This document shows positions 57,691 to 64,000 of a stretch of 64,000 nucleotides of DNA, one piece after another (position 1 is the first letter of the stretch; every line of letters starts with the position of its first letter). The position numbers and the translations under genes were made by a program. The DNA comes from Deltaproteobacteria bacterium (lineage in GTDB: Bacteria; Myxococcota_A; UBA9160; SMWR01): NCBI GenBank assembly GCA_032128375.1, contig JAQBGU010000034.1:1-64000 (forward strand). Direction: 5' to 3'. Below the pieces are notes generated by a model. The model made no database searches, had not been told where the DNA came from, and was given only the letters and a program-made list of their open reading frames with translations.

Positions 57691-58454
57691 TGGGCGACGG
57701 TCTGCAGAAAAAGACGTTCGTGGTGACCCGCTTCGACCCAGACCAGGACGACGCGCCTCGCAAGCAGCGCTATGAAATTCCGGTTCAGCCCGGCTGGAAG
57801 GTTCTCGACGCGCTCAATTTCATCAAAGACGAGGTCGACGCCACGCTATCGCACCGCTGGTCGTGCCGGATGGCGGTCTGCGGCAGCTGCGGGATGATGG
57901 TCGACGGCGAGCCGCGTCTGACCTGCAAGGATTCGTTGGACCCATACGGAGATACGGTCGATATCGCACCGCTAGCGAATTTCCCGGTGATTCGCGATCT
58001 GGTGATCGAAACCGACGGCTTCATGGAGAAGCTGAGCGCAGTCAAGCCCTGGATCATTCGAGCCAAGGAGTTGGCGGTCGAAGAGGGCCCGGTTCGTCAG
58101 TCGCCCGGTGAGCTCGAAGAGTTCAAGCAATTCAGCATGTGCATCAACTGCATGCTCTGTTATTCGGCCTGCCCGGTCGTTGCGAACGAGCCGGAATTCC
58201 TCGGCCCGGCGGCGATTGCTCTCGGGCACCGCTACAACATGGATTCGCGCGACGAGGGTGCCTCTGTACGAAACGAGATCTTCCTTGGCGAAGGGACGGT
58301 CTTTGCCTGTTCGTTCGCCAATGAGTGCAGCGAGGTCTGCCCGAAAAACGTGGATCCCGCCGCAGCGGTCAACCAGGCGAAGTTCAATGCGGCGATTCAT
58401 TGGGCAAGCGAGTTGGTTCTGCCGCGGGTGCAACGCGACAAGGGGGACGCATAA
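57690..58454 (+). CDS. frdB: Fumarate reductase iron-sulfur subunit
   Basis: WSCRMAVCGSC..C, CINCMLCYSACP, CSFANECSEVCPK; TGATG overlap with frdA. Confidence 0.92.
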   Translation: MGDGLQKKTFVVTRFDPDQDDAPRKQRYEIPVQPGWKVLDALNFIKDEVDATLSHRWSCRMAVCGSCGMMVDGEPRLTCKDSLDPYGDTVDIAPLANFPVIRDLVIETDGFMEKLSAVKPWIIRAKELAVEEGPVRQSPGELEEFKQFSMCINCMLCYSACPVVANEPEFLGPAAIALGHRYNMDSRDEGASVRNEIFLGEGTVFACSFANECSEVCPKNVDPAAAVNQAKFNAAIHWASELVLPRVQRDKGDA

Positions 58455-58895
58455 GTGGCTCGAGACGCACACCCGAGGGCGATGTCACCGTCGACGCCGG
58501 GGCGCACGCGAACCGCCCCCCCGCAGCTTCCGGACAAGTTCCCGTTCGAGGGCCGCTACCGCATCTACACACTGTTCGATTCGACCGGCATCTTGTATCT
58601 GGTACTGGGCCTGCTGGTGCTCGGCAGCGTTTGGGCATTGGGCACCGGTGAGTCCGCGTGGAACCATGTCCAGGAGACCTATCGCAGCGCCACCTACGTC
58701 ATTTTTCACCTGATCGCGCTGGCTGGTGTGATTTTCGTTGGGGTGCGGTTCTTTTCGTTCTTTCCGAAATCTCAGCCGGCTCGCATCGGACCCGCGAAGC
58801 CGCCCCCCCAGGCGGTGTTGCTCGCGATGCTGTACGTGGCCTGGATCGGTGTCGCCGGCACATTGACGCTGATTCTCGCCGGCGGAATTTTCTGA
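58455..58895 (+). CDS. frdC: Fumarate reductase membrane anchor subunit C
   Basis: Three TM helices; YRIYTLFDSTG and FFPK segments resemble FrdC; operon position. Confidence 0.75.
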   Translation: MARDAHPRAMSPSTPGRTRTAPPQLPDKFPFEGRYRIYTLFDSTGILYLVLGLLVLGSVWALGTGESAWNHVQETYRSATYVIFHLIALAGVIFVGVRFFSFFPKSQPARIGPAKPPPQAVLLAMLYVAWIGVAGTLTLILAGGIF

Positions 58896-58956
58896 TGGGA
58901 CTTGCGTTGATGGGACTTTCTTTGATGGGACTTTCTTTGATGGGAACATTCTGATG
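58893..58956. repeat. 15-bp tandem repeat x4 (TGATGGGACTTTCTT) between frdC and frdD, encoding a 19-aa mini-ORF
   Basis: TGATG at 58893, 58908, 58923, 58938 and 58952. Confidence 0.9.
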
Positions 58957-59310
58957 AAAAGCCTGCTCCTGAAACTCGAACCGCTGATCTGGTTGATGTT
59001 TGGCCAGGGAATCATGATTGGAACCATGTTGCTGACCGGCTGGGTACTGGTCGTCGGTCTGGCGGTTCCGCTGGGCCTCGTGCCGGCCGAGGCGCTGTCT
59101 TTCGAACGCGCTCACATGCTGGGTTCGAACATCGTGGGTCGAGTCGTGCTGTTGGGACTGATCGTGCTGCCGCTGTGGAAAGGAACGCACCACATCCGCC
59201 ACCTGTTCATCGATTTCGGAACCGGTCGTGATGAGTTGATCGCGCCGCTTCTGTACCTGATCGCCCTGGCGGGTAGTCTGCTCGGCGTGGTGGCCATCAT
59301 CCGTCTCTAG
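58954..59310 (+). CDS. frdD: Fumarate reductase membrane anchor subunit D
   Basis: EPLIWLMFGQG, PLG..PAEALSFER, LPLWKGTHHIRH. Confidence 0.85.
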   Translation: MKSLLLKLEPLIWLMFGQGIMIGTMLLTGWVLVVGLAVPLGLVPAEALSFERAHMLGSNIVGRVVLLGLIVLPLWKGTHHIRHLFIDFGTGRDELIAPLLYLIALAGSLLGVVAIIRL

Positions 59311-59397
59311 AGCGAAAGCGAATCAACTAGATCGAACGGAAACAGTCGGACAACGGATCGAAGCCGCTGGCCGAACGCACGGGTCGAGGGACGGACG

Positions 59398-59943
59398 TTG
59401 ACGGGTCGCGTACTCCAGGACGTTCGGGTTCTAGATCTGACTCGCGTCGTGGCGGGGCCGTTTGCGACCGCAGCGCTGGCAGATCTCGGCGCGGATGTGA
59501 TCAACAAGTTGTTCAAGAAGCTGTGCGATGCAATGGGTCGACCCGAGCTGGTCAGCGATGAGCGCTTCCGCAGCCACCGCGGTCGCTCGAGTCGTCGGCA
59601 CGAAATCAACGAGATCGTCAATTCCTGGGTGCGTGGTCGAAGCAGCGACGAGGTGTTGACCGCGTTGGGTCCCGAAGGTGCCGACTTGCCTTGTGGGCGC
59701 GTTTCGAGCCCCCACGAACTCGTCGACGACCCGCAACTGATCGCGCGAAACATGATCGAGCGCCACCCGCACCCGGATCTCATCGAAGTGGTGTTCCACG
59801 GCAATCCGCTGCAGTTCTCGAACGCGGAACCGCGCGAGCGCAAGCTGGCGCCGGCGCTGGCCGAACACAACGTCGAAATCTACACCGAAATCGGTCTGGC
59901 CGAAGACGAAATTCGGCGTCTTTCGGAAGCCGGCGTGATATAA
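59398..59943 (+). pseudogene. Family III (CaiB/BaiF) CoA-transferase with large in-frame internal deletion
   Basis: N-terminal VRVLDLTRVVAGPFA..LADLGADVI is joined directly to the C-terminal region NKLFKKLCDAMGRPEL..DPQLIAR..APALAEH. Confidence 0.8.
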
Positions 59944-59984
59944 ACGACGGCGGCTGATGGGTCTGGATGTCGGAGGCTGACTGC

Positions 59985-60344
59985 ATGACGCGACCCCGCG
60001 ATCCGCTCGCAAGGGTACGCAAGATCATCGGGGCGTGGCCCGAAACCGACGAGCGTGTGTCCCACGGCGCGCCGACCTGGTGGGGTGGCAAGAAGACATT
60101 CGCAACATTTCACGACAACCACCACGGCGATGGTCGCGTTGCGCTGTGGTGTAAGGTGTCGTTCGAACAACAAGCCGACCTGGTGGCCGCTGACCCCGAA
60201 GTGTTCTTCATTCCGCCCTATGTGGGCCCAAGCGGATGGGTCGGGATCCGGCTCGATCAGAGCGTCGACTGGAATACCATCTCGGAGATTCTCGAGCAGG
60301 GATATCGGATGGTGGCACCCAAGCGGGCAATCGCGCTGCTGTAA
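59985..60344 (+). CDS. MmcQ/YjbR family protein
   Basis: SHGAPTW, DNHHGDGR, FFIPPYVGPSGWVG, YRMVAPKR; SD GGAGG. Confidence 0.88.
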   Translation: MTRPRDPLARVRKIIGAWPETDERVSHGAPTWWGGKKTFATFHDNHHGDGRVALWCKVSFEQQADLVAADPEVFFIPPYVGPSGWVGIRLDQSVDWNTISEILEQGYRMVAPKRAIALL

Positions 60345-60398
60345 CGCGGGGCTCTGATTCTGCTCGAAAAGCGTCGAGTACGTTGACGGCGACTCCGC

Positions 60399-61310
60399 CT
60401 ACTCGGCCTGACCCTGGGCCTGATTGAGCAAGCGCTCCAGCTCGTTTGGTTCGAGCTGATAGGCTTCGCCACAAAACTCGCAGCGCACCTCGAGCACCTC
60501 GCCGCGCTCAGCGGCAGTTCGGAGTTCGTCTTCCCCGAGTAGCGACAAGGTTCGGATGGCACGATCGCGTCCACAAGGGCACTGAAATGACGGCTTCGTG
60601 CGTTCCAGAATCGAGATGCCGAGGTCGGATAACACGCGATGGATGATGTCCTGCGCGCCCAGACCCTCCCGCACGAGTTCGCCCGGACCGCTGAAACCCA
60701 GCACGTTCTCCTCGACCTGGTCGATCTCTTCGTCAGATGCGCCGGGTAGCGCGTGGATGAGAAATCCCCCGGCCGCCTCGACGCCGGATGCATCGAGGAA
60801 GACCCCGAGCGCAACGGAAGTCCGGGTTTGTTCGCTCTTGGCGAGGTAATGGGCGAGGTCCAGTGCAACCGTGCCGGAGACCAACGGCACGATCCCGCTG
60901 TAGGGGGTGAAACCCGGCCGATGGCGGACCACAGCGAGTATGCCGCCTCCGACGGCCGCGCCGACGTCGAGCCGGCCATTTTTGGCAGGCGGGTTGGCCG
61001 ATGGGTTCGCGACATACCCCCGAACGCCCCCTTCCGGATCCGCGATCGCGACGAGCGTGCCCAGTGGCCCGGACCCGCGAAACTGCAACTGCACGGTTTC
61101 CCCGTGCTTCGATCCGGCGGCGAGTAGTACAGCACCCATCAGCGCCCGGCCGAGCGCGGCGCCGGCGGTCGGGGACGTCTGGTGACGCCGGATCGCCTCC
61201 GCGACGAGATCGGTGCCGACCAACGCCCAAACCACCACACCGCCCGCCGAGGAGGTCGCGCGCACCAACTCGTCTCGCGATGCAGAGTCTTCCGGTCGAG
61301 GGTCGGTCAT
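60399..61310 (-). CDS. hslO: Hsp33 redox-regulated chaperone
   Basis: ALGRALMG, VRGYV, YLAKSEQ, AAGGFLI, zinc motif CPC...CEFC. Confidence 0.95.
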   Translation of the reverse strand: MTDPRPEDSASRDELVRATSSAGGVVVWALVGTDLVAEAIRRHQTSPTAGAALGRALMGAVLLAAGSKHGETVQLQFRGSGPLGTLVAIADPEGGVRGYVANPSANPPAKNGRLDVGAAVGGGILAVVRHRPGFTPYSGIVPLVSGTVALDLAHYLAKSEQTRTSVALGVFLDASGVEAAGGFLIHALPGASDEEIDQVEENVLGFSGPGELVREGLGAQDIIHRVLSDLGISILERTKPSFQCPCGRDRAIRTLSLLGEDELRTAAERGEVLEVRCEFCGEAYQLEPNELERLLNQAQGQAE

Positions 61311-61348
61311 GAGCGCTTTTGGGGGATGCGATGCGGGGAGAGGAACGT

Positions 61349-62557
61349 TCAGAACAGGTTCGAGACGATCTCGTAGCCGCCCACGTAGGTCCCAATGATG
61401 CTGCCGAGCGTCGTGAAGATGAATACCAACATCACGCGCAGCATTCGGTTTCTCCACCACATTTTTGGTGACCCGACGTCATCGGCCAGCGCTTCGAACT
61501 CTCGAACCTTGGGTGGCTGATAATACGCCTGTAGGAACGCGCACACGTAGCCGGCGCCGATCACTGGCGTCAGGCTCGTCACCGGTGCGACGAAGAACGC
61601 GGAAACGATCGTGATTGGATGAGCCAGCGCGATGATCGCCCCGATCGTACTCGGCACACCGTTGGCGACGATCCAATACAACAGGTTCTCGCCTGCGGCG
61701 GCTGCGCCCTTGTTGAGACCGATGTAGCCAAGAGATGCGAGGATCATGACCGGGATCCCCCATCCCAACCACTTCCAGACCGGCGACATGGGAGGGACTT
61801 GATCGATTGCATCGAGATCGACTTCGTCGGTCGACACCAACGCCTGGCAAATCCCGCTGACGTGACCCGCACCGACCACTACGACGATTCGGTTGCCAGA
61901 CGCCTCGCGCATGCGCTGTGTGAGGTATACGTCGCGTTCGTCGATCAACGCAACCTTCAGTGCGGGCATGGCCTCGCCGAGTTCGCGCATCAGCGCCGTC
62001 AGTACATCGTTGTTGCGCAGCTTTCGCAGGTCGTCTTCATCGATCTCGGGCTGTTCGAAGAGGCTCACCGCCAGCGTGCTGAGGAAGCCGGCCTTTTTGA
62101 AGAACCCCATCGATGCCCACGCACGGCGCAGCGTCACGCGAACATCCCGGTCGCACAACGCGATGGGGATCCCGTATTCGATGGCCACCTCGGTGGCCTC
62201 GAGCAGCTCCGTGCCCGGCAGGATCCCCAAGGCACCACCCAGCTTCTTCTGGTACGAAGCCAACAGCATGTTCGCGAGCAGCGGAGCCAGTTGCTTGGTG
62301 CGTATCAGCTGCCGGAGGTCGAGTTCTTCGAATTTCCGCTTCTGGGACAAGGCCTCGTAGCGCTGCTTGTCGAGCTCGACGCAGACGCAGTCGGGGCGCT
62401 CTTTTTCGATGACCTCTCGAACCAGGTCGGCGGACTCGCGCGAAATATGTGCAGTACCGACGATGATGAACTCACGGTCGCCGACATGGATGACGCGAAC
62501 GTCGCTGCCGTAGTCGCGCTCGTTGGGCGCGTCACTCGTCGGGGACTCGTTGGAGAT
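61349..62557 (-). CDS. TraB/PrgY/GumN family membrane protein
   Basis: Manual in-frame translation upstream of 62350 gives IIVGTAHISRES..PDCVCVELD; also PGTE, DRDV, LIDERD, VVGAGH and C-terminal TMs; start inferred at ATC 62557. Confidence 0.88.
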   Translation of the reverse strand: MSNESPTSDAPNERDYGSDVRVIHVGDREFIIVGTAHISRESADLVREVIEKERPDCVCVELDKQRYEALSQKRKFEELDLRQLIRTKQLAPLLANMLLASYQKKLGGALGILPGTELLEATEVAIEYGIPIALCDRDVRVTLRRAWASMGFFKKAGFLSTLAVSLFEQPEIDEDDLRKLRNNDVLTALMRELGEAMPALKVALIDERDVYLTQRMREASGNRIVVVVGAGHVSGICQALVSTDEVDLDAIDQVPPMSPVWKWLGWGIPVMILASLGYIGLNKGAAAAGENLLYWIVANGVPSTIGAIIALAHPITIVSAFFVAPVTSLTPVIGAGYVCAFLQAYYQPPKVREFEALADDVGSPKMWWRNRMLRVMLVFIFTTLGSIIGTYVGGYEIVSNLF

Positions 62558-62655
62558 GTCAGGCCCTCACTGTAGGAATCATGCGGCGCGTGTGCACCGG
62601 AGAGCGCCGGGCCGACCGCCCAGACGCCGACGTTGAACAATGCGATGAATTCGCG

Positions 62656-63237
62656 CTAGGCCTGGTAGTACGGAGTCTCGCCGGCTTCGTGATCTGTGAT
62701 GTCGATGACTGCGGTAATTTCGGGAATCGCCTGTTGCAGTGTGGCCGCGACGCCGTCCTTCAGCGTGGTATCGACCATTCCGCAACCCTGGCAGCCGCCT
62801 CCGAACTGCAGGATGACCTTGTGATCCTGGATCTCCATCAGGCTGACGTGTCCGCCGTGTCCCGCGAGTCCCGGATTGACGCGGTCGTCGAGAAGTTCCT
62901 GAACGCGACTGGCCAGTGGATCCTTGCCGAGTGTCGTCTTGTTCGGGTTGTCGAATTTCAAACCGGAGCCGCTGATGTCATCGACGAAGTTCAGCGTTGC
63001 GCCGCGTAGCCGTTCTGCGCTGGCGGCGTCGAGGTAGATCGAAATTTCATCGAGTTCGATCACGCCGTCGTCATCGGTCTTCGTGTCGGTGGCGACCAGC
63101 TTCAGTTCGTATCGAAACTTTGCACCGTCCTCTCGCGCCGTGATCCGCAGCGCGACCTCCGATCGATCTTCCGCAGTCTTGGCGCCAACGATCTTCTCGA
63201 CCGCGGCATCGGTAATCGTCAAATCGGGAACAGCCAT
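62656..63237 (-). CDS. nfuA: Fe-S cluster carrier NfuA
   Basis: Degenerate A-type domain (ITDAA..LRGATLNF..FDNPN) plus Nfu domain VNPGLAGHGG, GGGCQGCG, DITDHEAGETPYY. Confidence 0.9.
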   Translation of the reverse strand: MAVPDLTITDAAVEKIVGAKTAEDRSEVALRITAREDGAKFRYELKLVATDTKTDDDGVIELDEISIYLDAASAERLRGATLNFVDDISGSGLKFDNPNKTTLGKDPLASRVQELLDDRVNPGLAGHGGHVSLMEIQDHKVILQFGGGCQGCGMVDTTLKDGVAATLQQAIPEITAVIDITDHEAGETPYYQA

Positions 63238-63305
63238 GCGATTTCCCCTGGTTTTGATGGTCTTGCGAGATCCGAAGAGTAGCACCCGGTTTCGGTCTCC
63301 GGGAC

Positions 63306-63944
63306 TCAGGCTTGGGTCGGCTGCGCTGCGGATGCGCGCGACTTGCCAGCGGCCGAGCGTGTCGCGCGCAGCCAGATTCGCACGCCGAAAAGCAGCGATA
63401 GCACCGCGGCGTACACCAGCGGCTCGAACAAGTCCGCCTTGACGAGCCAGATGAAGTGCACCACGCCAAGTACACCGGCCGCGTAGGCGAGCCTATGCAG
63501 CGTCTTCCAGTGCTTTCCCAAGCGCCGCGCCATGGCCCGAGTCGAAGTCGCTGCCAACGGTGTCATGCACAATAGTGCTGCGAACCCGGCCGTGACGTAG
63601 CGGCGTTCCAGCACGTCCTCGACGATGAGTTCCCATTCGAAGAAGTGCTCCAGCCACAAGTATGTCAGGAAGTGGAGGCAGCTGTATCCGAATGCGGCCA
63701 GCCCGAAGGTCCGGCGCAAGGGTGCGGCCCAGCGCCAGCGAAACATGCGTCGCAGCGGCGTGATCGCCAATGCGACCAGCAAGAAGCGCAGCGTCCAATC
63801 GCCTGTGACGTGGGTGATGTGTTCGACCGGATTGGCGCCGAGATCATCGATGTAGAACTGGAACGTGAGCATCGCCATGGGGAACAGCACGAACGCGATC
63901 GCGATTGCCTGGTTGCCGCGCAGTCGCTGAGCGGCTGTGGCCAC
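63306..63944 (-). CDS. msrQ: Methionine sulfoxide reductase heme-binding membrane subunit
   Basis: LGANPVEHITHVTGDW, ITPLR, RRTFGL, LAATS, WKTLHRLAY, HFIWLVKAD. Confidence 0.93.
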   Translation of the reverse strand: MATAAQRLRGNQAIAIAFVLFPMAMLTFQFYIDDLGANPVEHITHVTGDWTLRFLLVALAITPLRRMFRWRWAAPLRRTFGLAAFGYSCLHFLTYLWLEHFFEWELIVEDVLERRYVTAGFAALLCMTPLAATSTRAMARRLGKHWKTLHRLAYAAGVLGVVHFIWLVKADLFEPLVYAAVLSLLFGVRIWLRATRSAAGKSRASAAQPTQA

Positions 63945-63952
63945 GGCGGTCG

Positions 63953-64000
63953 CTAGAAATGCTTGCGCAGGTCCATACCGGCATACAGCTCTCCGACCTG
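63953..64000 (-). CDS. msrP: C-terminal end of MsrP (partial, runs off the window)
   Basis: Manual translation QVGELYAGMDLRKHF* matches the MsrP C-terminus; directly upstream of msrQ. Confidence 0.82.
   Translation of the reverse strand, partial: QVGELYAGMDLRKHF

Noticed and set aside
61349..62557. Conjugation gene / mobile element implied by the name TraB
   Set aside because: This is the chromosomal TraB/PrgY/GumN family; no T4SS, relaxase, integrase or transposase is present.

Overview
High-GC bacterial chromosome segment. Gene content and style suggest a Myxococcota/deltaproteobacterial lineage (inference). It is densely coding, and I found no rRNA, tRNA, CRISPR array or mobile element. 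Most of it is housekeeping: rpsF-rpsR-rplI; dnaB coupled to a peptidoglycan-recycling trio (ldcA, serine hydrolase, mpl); thiD; mrp; a PaaX-like regulator with a desaturase, divergent from prpE; acetoacetate-CoA ligase; dusB-ntrB-ntrC-thiE-nupC; moeA; a MoxR/Bat cluster; rfaE2; AsmA-like; ptsP; cyoE; leuS; an MMPL transporter; an NYN nuclease; frdABCD; and msrPQ-nfuA-traB-hslO. The best candidate for an undescribed system is a four-gene envelope-signalling locus at 14.4-21.8 kb. It encodes (1) a class III nucleotidyl cyclase with atypical base-specifying residues, fused through one TM helix to a DUF4384-like domain, (2) a TPR + beta-barrel outer-membrane protein, (3) an exported FecR-domain protein, and (4) an apparently exported TPR-CHAT caspase-like protease with an intact His/Cys dyad. 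Other notable points: two genes seem to need non-canonical ATT/ATC starts, several genes look leaderless, 10-25 bp tandem micro-duplications are pervasive (one creates a relay mini-ORF between frdC and frdD), and a CoA-transferase is internally deleted. All family calls come from motif recognition by eye, not database searches.
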